A program made the position numbers and the translations under genes. From positions 1-58,480 of the forward strand of contig JBFGLJ010000001.1 in assembly GCA_041576235.1 (NCBI GenBank): 58,480 nucleotides of DNA. The letters are read 5' to 3'. Within the stretch, counting starts at the first letter, position 1, and each line of letters opens with the position of its first letter. The DNA comes from Gemmatimonadales bacterium (GTDB taxonomy: Bacteria; Gemmatimonadota; Gemmatimonadetes; Gemmatimonadales; GWC2-71-9). Shown here one piece after another: positions 37,833 to 47,126 of the stretch. The notes under the pieces were generated by a model. The model saw nothing but the letters and a program-made list of their open reading frames with translations. It did not search any database and was not told the origin of the DNA.

Positions 37833-39119
37833 GTGGTAGAGTGCTGTCGCATAACTGTAGCGACGGTGTCGCGAGCCGAGGCCTTGGTTGCGTCTCGGCC
37901 CTCGCCCCAAGCACCTTACGGCGTGCCGAAGCCTCGCCGCCGTCCCCGCTCCCGCGCAGCAACCCATGCGACCCCTAGCCCGGACGGGGTAGCGCTCATC
38001 GATTCGACTGCAGGCTTCCGCCGGCTTCTCAAGGCGCTCCGCGAAGTGCCGCTCGTGGCGGTGGACACCGAGGCGGCCAGTTTTCACCGCTTCCGCGACC
38101 GGGCCTACCTCCTCCAAGTCTCGACCAGGGACCGCACCGCGGTCATCGATCCCCTGGCCGTCACCGACCTGTCCCCGCTCACGGGTGTCTTGGCGGACCC
38201 CGAAGTGGAGGTGGTGTTTCACGACGCCGACTATGACCTCCGACTGCTGGACCGGGACTTTGGCTTTCGGGTGACCCGAGTGTTCGACACCCGAATTGCG
38301 GCTCAGTTCCTCAACGAGCCGGCGGTCGGGCTCGCCGCACTCTTGCTCAAGTATCTCGACGTCACGTTGGACAAGAAGTACCAGCGCGCCGACTGGTCGG
38401 CCCGTCCGCTGTCCGAGGACATGATTGCCTACGCTTCGAAGGACACGCGGTACCTTCCCGAGCTTCGTGATATCCTCCGAGCCAAGCTCGAGGCCATCGA
38501 CCGGCTCTCGTGGGTTGAGGAGGAATTCGCCTTGCTCGAGCGGGTCCGCTGGAAGGCCCCCGCCCGAGAAAAGGATGGATATCTCCGAATGAAAGGGGCA
38601 CGGGCCCTGCGCGGGCGGCCCTTGGCGGTGTTGCGCGAACTATATCAGTGGCGCGAGCGCACGGCCAAGCGGGTGGACAAGGCACCCTTCAGGATCATGA
38701 ACAACGAGCCGCTCTTGGCCTTGGCCCAATCACCGCCCGACGATCTCGAGAGCTTGCGGGCCGTGCGTGGCGTGGGCGGAGAGACGGTTAGCCGGCGTGG
38801 GAAGGACATTCTCAAGGCCATCGGTCGGGGGTTGGCGCTCCCCGACGACCAGATTCCGAGAGTCGAACGCCCCTCGCGCCCCCCGCCGGACCGGGCGCTC
38901 GAGGCTCGGCTCGACCGGCTCAAGTCGGCCCGGAATCGGATCGCCCGTCGGCTCGACCTCGCCCCGGGTGTGCTGTGCCCCAACGGGACCCTCGAGGGCA
39001 TAGCCCGCGCCGAGCCAAAGAGTCTCGCGGGGCTGAAACGGGTGCAGGGCGTCCGGCAGTGGCAGACGGAGGCGTTTGGTGAGGAGTTACTAGCGGCGTT
39101 GGACTCGGGCGGGACCTAG
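37833..39119 (+). CDS. rnd: ribonuclease D (DEDD 3'-5' exonuclease plus HRDC domain)
   Basis: LVAVDTEAASF, FHDADYDLRLL, YASKDTRYL (Exo I-III) and a C-terminal HRDC-like region. The true start is probably downstream (in-frame TTG at 37884 or GTG at 37923), because the first ~17-30 codons (up to those alternative starts) use atypical A/T-ending codons. Confidence 0.85.
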   Translation: MVECCRITVATVSRAEALVASRPSPQAPYGVPKPRRRPRSRAATHATPSPDGVALIDSTAGFRRLLKALREVPLVAVDTEAASFHRFRDRAYLLQVSTRDRTAVIDPLAVTDLSPLTGVLADPEVEVVFHDADYDLRLLDRDFGFRVTRVFDTRIAAQFLNEPAVGLAALLLKYLDVTLDKKYQRADWSARPLSEDMIAYASKDTRYLPELRDILRAKLEAIDRLSWVEEEFALLERVRWKAPAREKDGYLRMKGARALRGRPLAVLRELYQWRERTAKRVDKAPFRIMNNEPLLALAQSPPDDLESLRAVRGVGGETVSRRGKDILKAIGRGLALPDDQIPRVERPSRPPPDRALEARLDRLKSARNRIARRLDLAPGVLCPNGTLEGIARAEPKSLAGLKRVQGVRQWQTEAFGEELLAALDSGGT

Positions 39120-39132
39120 CGAGACCCTGCGG

Positions 39133-39432
39133 TCACATGCCCAGGAAGGCCCTGACCCGGGGGTCGATTCGCTCAGGCGTCCAATACGGCTCCCAGACCA
39201 CCTCCACCTCCACCGCGTCGACCCCATCGAGGTTCTCCACCGTCTGCTTCACGTCACCGGTGATCTCCGGACCCGCCGGACACCCTGGCGAGGTCAAGGT
39301 CATGGTGACCCGGACGTTGGCATCCTGGTCGACGGCGATTTCGTAGATCAAGCCAAGATCGACCACATTGAGGTTGAGCTCCGGGTCCTTCACGGTACGG
39401 AGGGCCTTACGGATCGTCTCTTCTGCTACCAT
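39133..39432 (-). CDS. sufT: DUF59 / SufT-like Fe-S cluster maturation factor
   Basis: 99 aa. VKDPELNLNVVDLGLIY...TLTSPGCPAG is the canonical DUF59 motif. Confidence 0.85.
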   Translation of the reverse strand: MVAEETIRKALRTVKDPELNLNVVDLGLIYEIAVDQDANVRVTMTLTSPGCPAGPEITGDVKQTVENLDGVDAVEVEVVWEPYWTPERIDPRVRAFLGM

Positions 39433-39853
39433 CTGATGGCTCCCTTCGAGTCGAAGCTATCGCGCCCGGCGGGCGGGCGTCAACGGGATCGCACTGAGGG
39501 CTGGCCGGTCCGAGCCCGTGCCGGCGCGCTGCGATCCACCCGTACATGCGATTCGTGAGCGGCTGGACGCCGGGGATAACGAACAGGGGCCGGAGCCAGC
39601 GGCCGCCTGGAAGATAGGGGAGCATGGCCGGCAGGGCCTGGCCGCCGGGGTGAAGGCGTCCGTCCGGGGAGACGAAGTGCATGGCCCGCTCCAGGGCATC
39701 GTTCGAGATCGGGGGCAGCCCCGACACCTGGTCTCGCTCTCCGGCGGGGAGACACATGATCCGGTCGTGCCGGTCCCAGCGTTCGAGCCGGCGAACCCAC
39801 CGCCGACAGAATCCGCAACCGGCATCGTACAAGAGCACGGGCTTGGCTAACAC
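39407..39853 (-). CDS. thiol-disulfide oxidoreductase DCC family (DUF393)
   Basis: 148 aa. N-terminus LLYDAGCGFCRRWV (DxxCxxC). Confidence 0.8.
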   Translation of the reverse strand: MLAKPVLLYDAGCGFCRRWVRRLERWDRHDRIMCLPAGERDQVSGLPPISNDALERAMHFVSPDGRLHPGGQALPAMLPYLPGGRWLRPLFVIPGVQPLTNRMYGWIAARRHGLGPASPQCDPVDARPPGAIASTRREPSDGSRRDDP

Positions 39854-41010
39854 ACCGGCTCCACTTGGCAGGCGCCCGGCACCGCCTGAACCACCGCGTC
39901 GGACAGCACAGCGCGGACCTGTCTCAGCTCACCGATGGACCGGCGCACCTTGGGATCGAAGCTCCGATTGGTGAGAAACACCAGGAACAGGTCGCGGGCG
40001 GGATCGACCCACACCTTGGTCCCGGTCCAACCCGTGTGGCCGTACGCCGCCGGGCTCAACAATGACCCGAAGACCGATGGGCGTCCGGGTCGGGGTTCCG
40101 GGGTGTCCCAGCCAAGCAGGCGGCTGCCCGCCGCGGCCCGGCGTTCGAGGAATCGCGCCACGGTGGCGGGCTCCACGAATCGTCCCCGGGGGATGCGCCC
40201 TCGGTTGAGCCACATTTGGGCGTAGCGCGCCAAGTCCATCCCGGTGGAGAAGACCCCCGCGTGCCCCGCCGCGCCACCGAACACCACCGCGTTCTGATCG
40301 TTGACTTCGCCGCCAATCGGATGCCCCCGCCACACCCCGGTCGGAACGGTGAGCGGCTCAAGCGCCCGAGACGGGCGATAGGTCGTTCGGGTCATCTCGA
40401 GCGGTGTGAAGACTTCTCGTCGCACGAAGGCGTCAAGCGGCTCGCCCGTCACCTCCTCGATGAGGAGACCCAAGAGCAGGGCGTTGAGGTCGCTGTAGAC
40501 GGGGCGATCCCCCGGCGCCCGTTCCAGGGGCACTTGGTACAGGAGCGTGATGGCTTCTGCTCGGTCTTCGGCCTGCTTGAAAAACTCAACGTAGCTCCGG
40601 AGGCCGCTGGTATGGTTCAACAGCATCCGCACGGTCACCTGGGCCTTCCGTGGTCCGACAAACAAGGGCAAGTAGGCCGAGACAGGGGCGTCCAGGTCCA
40701 CCAGGCCCCGTTCGACGAGAATCATCATAGCGCTCGTCGTTCCGACGACCTTGCTGATTGACGCGATGTCCCAGAGTGTGGTGTCGGGGCTCGGGGTGGG
40801 GTCGTTGGGGTCCCACGTGAAGTGGCCGAACCCACGAGCATAGAGCACGCGATCCGAGCGGCCGATCACCACGACCGCCCCAGGGTAGATGCCACGGGCG
40901 CGGCCACGTTCAACCGCGGCCTCGACGTCGGCAAAGGTCTGGGCGTGCCCGCTTGCTGCGGCGAGCCAGCACACGAGCACGAGTCCCAGGATCCGGTGGG
41001 GGATGAGCAT
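39847..41010 (-). CDS. serine hydrolase, beta-lactamase/transpeptidase-like (class C family fold)
   Basis: 387 aa. Signal peptide, SISKVV (SxxK), YSDLN (YxN-like), HTGWTG (KTG-like). Confidence 0.85.
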   Translation of the reverse strand: MLIPHRILGLVLVCWLAAASGHAQTFADVEAAVERGRARGIYPGAVVVIGRSDRVLYARGFGHFTWDPNDPTPSPDTTLWDIASISKVVGTTSAMMILVERGLVDLDAPVSAYLPLFVGPRKAQVTVRMLLNHTSGLRSYVEFFKQAEDRAEAITLLYQVPLERAPGDRPVYSDLNALLLGLLIEEVTGEPLDAFVRREVFTPLEMTRTTYRPSRALEPLTVPTGVWRGHPIGGEVNDQNAVVFGGAAGHAGVFSTGMDLARYAQMWLNRGRIPRGRFVEPATVARFLERRAAAGSRLLGWDTPEPRPGRPSVFGSLLSPAAYGHTGWTGTKVWVDPARDLFLVFLTNRSFDPKVRRSIGELRQVRAVLSDAVVQAVPGACQVEPVC

Positions 41011-41064
41011 GCCTAAAACTGGTCCGGGCGCCGCGGAGAGTACATGGCCGCCGCCACCGGGAGC

Positions 41065-41805
41065 TCAGTCTACCTTGACGGACCCGGGCGGCAGTTGGTA
41101 CAGCAGGTAGGCGGTGTGGCGGTCCCGTGGAGAGATCACACTTTTTCGGGCGCGTGGAAACATGACGTCCGCGGGATCATCGGAATGAGGCATGCCTATC
41201 GCGTGTCCGAATTCGTGGACGGCAACGGCCAAGAGGGCCTCATCGGGAAGGCGTTCGCCGGCGGCGGTTCGAAGGGCGAGGGTGATCGTCGCCCGGCGAA
41301 TGCGACCCAGGCGATCCCACACGAGGTCGGCCTGACCAGCCCGATCGTCCGACTCGAGCCGAGATTGCCAGCGGAGGATGATGTCGGCCTTGCTGGTATC
41401 GGACCCAAAACGGAAATGGAGCCCTAACCCTTCCCGCTCCCAGCGGGCCGCCGCCTCGCGCACCATGAGCGCCAGCCGCGGCGAATACTCTGGGGCTCCA
41501 CCTTCTTCGATCGCCACGTGAATCGAGCGCTGGGTTGCCAGGTTCCAGCGCCGGATCACGGAATCGGTCCCAAGCAGCAACGAATCCAAGTAGGTGCGCG
41601 AGCCGGACTCACGCAGGCGCTTCAGGGTGGCGGCCCGAGCCGGGTCCGCCTCGGGGCTGTGCACCGCCGCCGCCCCCTGGGACGCGGCCCGGTCGTCCGG
41701 CAATTCGCCAGACGCCGCCAGCCCGGGGGTCCGGGACGACCTGAGGGCGTCGGCCGCCAGCAGCAGGGCCAGTGCCACAAAAACCGCGAGATAGACGCGC
41801 TGCAT
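41065..41805 (-). CDS. secreted matrixin-like zinc metalloprotease
   Basis: Start re-set to the ATG at 41805 (MQRVYLAVFVALALLLAADA, GGAG RBS). The track ORF extends into polA. Zinc motif HEFGHAIGMPH (HExxHxxGxxH). Confidence 0.75.
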   Translation of the reverse strand: MQRVYLAVFVALALLLAADALRSSRTPGLAASGELPDDRAASQGAAAVHSPEADPARAATLKRLRESGSRTYLDSLLLGTDSVIRRWNLATQRSIHVAIEEGGAPEYSPRLALMVREAAARWEREGLGLHFRFGSDTSKADIILRWQSRLESDDRAGQADLVWDRLGRIRRATITLALRTAAGERLPDEALLAVAVHEFGHAIGMPHSDDPADVMFPRARKSVISPRDRHTAYLLYQLPPGSVKVD

Positions 41806-41902
41806 GCTCTCCACCAAGGGGAAGGGAACCCGGCGTCGGCCGGAGTCGAGTCCACCCGGGGAGTCCCTGCAAGGATTTGGCCAGGGAGGTCGGAGTCCTG
41901 GG

Positions 41903-44674
41903 TTACGCCTTGGCGTCGAGCCAGTTGGGCCCGATCCCCACCTCGACCACCAGCGGCACGGAGAGCGACGCGGCCGATTCCATCTCACCCTTGACGAGCG
42001 CGCTGACCCGCTCACCCGCCGCGGCGGGAGCTTCCAGCAGGAGCTCGTCGTGCACTTGCAGCAACAGGTGCGCCCCGAAGTCCTCACGCTCGAGCGCGTG
42101 ATGGATCCGAATCATGGCACCCTTGATGAGGTCCGCTGCCGACCCTTGCAGTGGTGAGTTTTGGGCCGTGCGTTCACCGAATGCCCGGACGTTGTAGTTC
42201 TTGTCTTTGACCTCGGGGATGTACCGCCGGCGGCCGAAGAGGGTTTCTACGTATCCCTGCTCGCGCGCCAGTGCGATTTGGCGATCGAGGTAGGCACGCA
42301 CCCCCGCGAATCGTTCGAAGTACTCGGCGATGAAGGTCTTGGCTTCTTGCTGGGTGATGTCGAGCTGCTTGCTGAGCGCGAAGGGGCCTTGTCCATAGAT
42401 GGTGGCAAAGTTGATGGTCTTGGCTCGGGCCCGCATCTCGCCCGTGACGTCGGCGGGCGTGACATCGAAAATGATCGCCGCCGTTTCGCGATGGATGTCG
42501 CCGCCGCGCTGGAACGCCTCGATGAACGCCGGATCTTCGGAGAGGTGGGCCATCAGCCGCAGTTCGATTTGTGAATAGTCTGCCACGACGAACACCGACC
42601 CTTCCTCGGGGACGAACGCGCGTCGCAGCGCCTCGCCCCGTGAGCGGCGGACCGGGACGTTCTGCAGATTCGGATCGGACGACGAGAGCCGCCCGGTCGC
42701 CGCGCCGGTTTGATTGAACGTCGTATGAATCCTGCCCGTGTTCGGGTTCACCGCGCTGGGGAGCACGTCCACATAGGTCGAAAGCAGTTTTTGGAGTTCG
42801 CGGTGGGCGAGGATGAGCTGCGGAATCTCGTGACCCATCGCCGCGAGTTGCTCCAAGACGTCCGCATCGGTCGAGGCGCCGGTCTTGGTCTTCTTGAGCA
42901 CAGGAAGTTGGTGCTGCTCGAACAAGATGGTGGCCAACTGCTTTGGCGAGTTGAGATTGAACTCCTGGCCCGCGGCTTCGTAGATCTCGCCCGTGAGGGC
43001 GTTGAGTTCGTCGTGGTATTGCCGGCCGAGTTGCGCGAACAAGTCTTGGTCGATGGCGATCCCCGTCCACTCCATGTCGACCAGGACTTCCACGAGCGGC
43101 ATCTCGATGTCCTGAAAGAGCGGCTCGAGGGCCATGCGCTCGAGAAACGGCGCAAACACCTCGCGCAGCGCCAGCGCCGCCGTGGCCTGGCGCGCGCAGT
43201 AGTCCCCGGCGGCCGGGACGGCAACCTCCGCAACCGGGATCGCGCTCTTCCCCCTCCCAACGAGGTCTTCACGGGGACGCAACGGCTCGGCGAGATGTTC
43301 CAGGCTCAGGTTGTCGATCGCGTGCGAGCGGCGTCCCGGGTCCAGGACGAAACTCGCCACCATGACGTCGTAGTCGACCCCGGCGAGTTCCACCCCGGAG
43401 TGCCGCAGGACCTGCCAATCGCGCTTGAGATCGTGGCCGACCTTGGGGACCGCCCGATCCTGGAGCAGATCGGCGACGGCCCGACAGGCCGGGTCCGTGA
43501 GCGGCGGCAGGGCGGGAACCTGGGACGGCCCGGCCAGCTCGCCGCTCGGAGCGCGGTGGCCGAACGGGAGGTACCAGCACTCCTCTCGGCTCGCTGCAAG
43601 CGCAAGACCAACCAACTCACTGTCTCGCGGGGTTGGGGCGCTCGCCAGCGAGACCAGCGCGACCGCCGGTGCCGCGCGAAGGCGCGTGCAGACGTCCGTC
43701 AGGTCGGCGGTCGCAGAAACGACGACCGGCGGACGCGCGGGGGCCGCACCTGCCGCCGCGCTCTCGCTCTCCGAGTCGAGCCCCAGTTTGCGCGCCAGCG
43801 CGAAGAATTCGAGGTCGGCAAGCAACGAGGTGAGCGTGTGGTAGTCCGGCTTCTGGGCCCGGAAGGCGTCCATCTCGAGGGCAATCGGGACATCGCGCTG
43901 AATGGTGACGAGTTCACGGGAGAGCCGCGCATTGGCGGCTTGGCTGAGGAGCGCCTCCCGGGGGCGCTTCTTCTTGACCTCGCCGGCGTGGGCCAGGAGG
44001 TCTTCGATGTTTGAGTATTGGCTGAGCAGCTCGCGCGCGCCCTTGTCGCCTATGCCGCGCACGCCTGGCACGTTGTCCGAGCTGTCTCCCACCAGGGCCA
44101 AGTAGTCTACCACCTGCCCTGGGGGCACCCCCAACCGGTCCGCAGCGTTGGCCTCGTCGACCCATTGCTCGTCCACGGCGGCCGGGCCACGGCGGCCGGG
44201 ATTGAGCAAGGCAATGCGAGGGCCGATCAGTTGGTAGAAGTCCTTGTCCCCGGAGACAATGACGCACTGGATACCGCGGGCCGCCGCCTGGGTCGCCAGG
44301 GTCCCGATGACATCGTCGGCCTCGTAGCCGTCGACTTCAACGAGCGGCACGCCAAAGGCCTCGAGCAGATGGGCGACCCGCTCGACGGACTGATCGAAGT
44401 CAGCCTGCAACTCGGCATCGAGCTTCTCGCGCGTGGACTTGTAGTCCGGAAACTGTTCTGTTCGAAATGAATCCCCCGCATCATGCACCCAGGCGACGTA
44501 GTCCGGTTCATACTTTTCCTGTAAACGCAGCAGGAAGTTGACCACGCCCCAGGCAACGGAGGTGTTCTCGCCCTTGGGGGTGCGGAGAGGGCGTGCAATC
44601 ATGGCGAAGAACGCGCGATACACAAGCGCGTAGCCATCGACCAGGAAGAAGCGCGGCGGATCGTGTCGCGTCAT
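41903..44674 (-). CDS. polA: DNA polymerase I
   Basis: 923 aa. 5'-nuclease domain, 3'-5' exo-like domain and pol domain with DYSQIELR, RRSAK-like RARAKTINFATIYG, and QVHDELLLE. Confidence 0.97.
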   Translation of the reverse strand: MTRHDPPRFFLVDGYALVYRAFFAMIARPLRTPKGENTSVAWGVVNFLLRLQEKYEPDYVAWVHDAGDSFRTEQFPDYKSTREKLDAELQADFDQSVERVAHLLEAFGVPLVEVDGYEADDVIGTLATQAAARGIQCVIVSGDKDFYQLIGPRIALLNPGRRGPAAVDEQWVDEANAADRLGVPPGQVVDYLALVGDSSDNVPGVRGIGDKGARELLSQYSNIEDLLAHAGEVKKKRPREALLSQAANARLSRELVTIQRDVPIALEMDAFRAQKPDYHTLTSLLADLEFFALARKLGLDSESESAAAGAAPARPPVVVSATADLTDVCTRLRAAPAVALVSLASAPTPRDSELVGLALAASREECWYLPFGHRAPSGELAGPSQVPALPPLTDPACRAVADLLQDRAVPKVGHDLKRDWQVLRHSGVELAGVDYDVMVASFVLDPGRRSHAIDNLSLEHLAEPLRPREDLVGRGKSAIPVAEVAVPAAGDYCARQATAALALREVFAPFLERMALEPLFQDIEMPLVEVLVDMEWTGIAIDQDLFAQLGRQYHDELNALTGEIYEAAGQEFNLNSPKQLATILFEQHQLPVLKKTKTGASTDADVLEQLAAMGHEIPQLILAHRELQKLLSTYVDVLPSAVNPNTGRIHTTFNQTGAATGRLSSSDPNLQNVPVRRSRGEALRRAFVPEEGSVFVVADYSQIELRLMAHLSEDPAFIEAFQRGGDIHRETAAIIFDVTPADVTGEMRARAKTINFATIYGQGPFALSKQLDITQQEAKTFIAEYFERFAGVRAYLDRQIALAREQGYVETLFGRRRYIPEVKDKNYNVRAFGERTAQNSPLQGSAADLIKGAMIRIHHALEREDFGAHLLLQVHDELLLEAPAAAGERVSALVKGEMESAASLSVPLVVEVGIGPNWLDAKA

Positions 44675-44750
44675 GAGGCGCGACAGGCCGACGGGCGGGG
44701 AGCGCGCTCCGCATTCGACGACCGACCCCGGTCCACAGGCTGAGGGGAGA

Positions 44751-46094
44751 TTATCGAGACCGCCGCACCCGATTCAACACCCGCTCGTATTCGGCGCGCG
44801 ACGCAGGTGTCAGCCGGAAGCGGCCGAACCCCGACTGATCCTCGAAGAGAATCGCGAGGCGGAGCTGCGTGTAGCTCCACCGAATGAGGCGCCCCTGACT
44901 CGTCGGACTCGCATCGAAGACTTCGTCCGGATCGCCGAGGGTGATAAACACCTCCCCCCGCTCGGTGCGCCACCCCGGGATTCCCTCGCCTCGATACCGG
45001 GAATTGGCGATAGCGACGCGTTGAAAGTAGGCGTCCAACGCTTCGTTTTCCGGGGTGACGGGGTTGGGGTCGGTCTCACGCCAGAATTCCTGCCAGAGGC
45101 GGGGGCGATCCAGTTCATCGGCGTCCTTGAGCCGCCCAAGGGCGGCGTCTTCGCCGAAGAACCGGAGCAGATTGATCATCTCCTCATAGTTCGTGACCAC
45201 CCAGGCTTCGGAAAACGAGACCAGCGCCTTGGCCGTGCGTTCCTCGGGAGGAGTGCCGACGCTCAGGGTCAGCTCGCCGAGCGGCTGGCTGTCGGGCGCG
45301 AGGCGGATGATCTGGCTTTCGACGGCCTGGTTGCCAGCAAATCGCAGCGCGTCGGCAAACACCACGCTGTCGCGCTGGTCTCGCACCGTGAAGGGGATGT
45401 TGGTCGGCTCGGTGAAGCCATATCCCTCGACATACGCCAGCAGGGTGTCCCCGCCGTATGACACGGCACCGCGTGGGTTGAGGAGAATAGAGAGCGGCGC
45501 CGACTCGCTGTCTCGCCCCGTGACCTGGTAGACGATGATCGGCTCCGAGGTGCTGCCCACATCGTAGGACGGCAAGGTGATATCGCCTTCGGCCGCACTC
45601 TGCGCGGGCGACGCGCGATCACGCACCGACACCGCGACGTGATAGTCGCCGGGGAGCAGATGGAAGCTCTGTTGAAAAATGATGCTCTCGTCGGCCCGCA
45701 GGGTCTCCTTGAACGTGCCGACGCGAACCGTCTCCTCCCGCCGGACCTCGATCGGTGATCCGCCGTCTTGTTGGAGGCTGATCTCGACGAAATACCGAGC
45801 GACGAACCCCTGCCCTTCGCGCTGGAAGATCAGGGCCCGGTTCTCGAGCGAGAGCCCCAGAATGGCGACGACCGAATCGCCCGGCCCCGCTGCCGATGCC
45901 ACCGAGCCAATGAATCGGATGGGTGGACCCGCCGCCAAGCGGCCCATCCGCCGATAGGCGCGCTGGGTGTCGAAGAGACTGGTCAACTGCTCCTGGGGGC
46001 TGACGTCGGGTTCATCAGAACCGGCTCGCCGCCACGATCCACATCCAAGCGGAACCATCACCACCAGGAGCACAGCCACGAGGCGCCGAATCAC
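44751..46094 (-). CDS. GWxTD domain-containing lipoprotein
   Basis: 447 aa. Lipobox-like VPLGCGS. C-terminal WQEFWRETDPNP...RYRGEGIPGWRTERGEVFITLGDPDE (GWxTD motif). Confidence 0.8.
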   Translation of the reverse strand: MIRRLVAVLLVVMVPLGCGSWRRAGSDEPDVSPQEQLTSLFDTQRAYRRMGRLAAGPPIRFIGSVASAAGPGDSVVAILGLSLENRALIFQREGQGFVARYFVEISLQQDGGSPIEVRREETVRVGTFKETLRADESIIFQQSFHLLPGDYHVAVSVRDRASPAQSAAEGDITLPSYDVGSTSEPIIVYQVTGRDSESAPLSILLNPRGAVSYGGDTLLAYVEGYGFTEPTNIPFTVRDQRDSVVFADALRFAGNQAVESQIIRLAPDSQPLGELTLSVGTPPEERTAKALVSFSEAWVVTNYEEMINLLRFFGEDAALGRLKDADELDRPRLWQEFWRETDPNPVTPENEALDAYFQRVAIANSRYRGEGIPGWRTERGEVFITLGDPDEVFDASPTSQGRLIRWSYTQLRLAILFEDQSGFGRFRLTPASRAEYERVLNRVRRSR

Positions 46095-46223
46095 GATACC
46101 CTCACGAAGCGAAGACCAAAGCCGGGAAGCACCTTGCCAAGCTTAGTGGTCCGGCCGGAGAGGCGTCAAGCATGCCTCCGGGTTGCTGGCGCTTCCTGGA
46201 CAAGGTAGCTTGGGCGCTCCACC

Positions 46224-47126
46224 ATGAGCACAGAGAATCTCGTCGGTCGAACGGTGGCCGGATACCGCCTGTTGGAGCGGGTCGGAGAAGGCGGCACCGC
46301 TATCGTCTATCGCGCCGAGCACCCCGAACGAGGTGACGCGGCGGTCAAGGTCCTTCGCCCCCGCCTCCGCCAAGACCCGGTGGCCGTCAAGCGGTTTCTG
46401 CGCGAAGCCGACTACGGCGTGCGGGTCCAGCACCCCAACGTAGTCAAGACATTCGATTACGGGGACGACGAGGGGCTGCACTACCTGGCCCTCGAGTGGG
46501 CCGCCGGTGAGCCGCTGGTCACCTTCCTGTCGCGCTCGGGCCCGCTCGCGCCCGGTGTGGCCGCGACGATCGTGCGCCAGCTGGGTGCGGCTCTCGCGAC
46601 CGCGCACCAAGCCGGGATCATCCATCGGGACCTCAAACCCGCCAACATCATGTACGACCCGGCGACCCAGACCGCGAAGCTCCTGGACTTCGGCATCGCC
46701 CGCGACGCCGAGTTGAGTCCGGAGGACCGGTTGACGCGCGCTGGGTTCTTCGTTGGCACGCTCCAGTATGTTGCGCCGGAAGCGTTGAGCGGGGAGTTGG
46801 TCCATGAACAGGCCGACGTCTACAGCCTCGCCACCATCGCGTACTCGCTCCTGACCGGGGCCCTCCCCTTCAACGGGCGCACCCCACGGGAACTGTTCCA
46901 GCAGTTGCTCTCCGAAGACCCGACGCCACTCAGTCAGGCCGTCAAAGGCCGCCGATTCTCGAAATCGCTCGAGGCCGCCGTCATGGCAGGACTCGAGCGC
47001 GACTTGGCCAATCGTACAAAGAGCGTGGACGAGTTCGCCCAGGCCTTTTGCACCGCAGCGAGCGAAGACCAACCCAAGAAGGAGGGATTCTTGGCCGGAT
47101 TCTTCCGCAAGGGCAACCGTGCGTGA
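46224..47126 (+). CDS. Ser/Thr protein kinase (kinase domain only)
   Basis: 300 aa. VGEGGTAIVY, AVKVL, HRDLKPANIM, DFGIA, APE. Confidence 0.9.
   Translation: MSTENLVGRTVAGYRLLERVGEGGTAIVYRAEHPERGDAAVKVLRPRLRQDPVAVKRFLREADYGVRVQHPNVVKTFDYGDDEGLHYLALEWAAGEPLVTFLSRSGPLAPGVAATIVRQLGAALATAHQAGIIHRDLKPANIMYDPATQTAKLLDFGIARDAELSPEDRLTRAGFFVGTLQYVAPEALSGELVHEQADVYSLATIAYSLLTGALPFNGRTPRELFQQLLSEDPTPLSQAVKGRRFSKSLEAAVMAGLERDLANRTKSVDEFAQAFCTAASEDQPKKEGFLAGFFRKGNRA

Noticed and set aside
37828-37905. Possible tRNA (GTGGTAGAG resembles a D-loop)
   Set aside because: No acceptor stem, no 7-nt anticodon loop (the hairpin loop is 9 nt) and no GTTCGAATC-type T-loop could be built.
41806-42087. N-terminal extension of the metalloprotease ORF into polA
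   Set aside because: The extension overlaps the polA 3' end on the same strand in another frame and is Cys/Arg/Ser-rich. The ATG at 41805 with a GGAG RBS gives a signal peptide.
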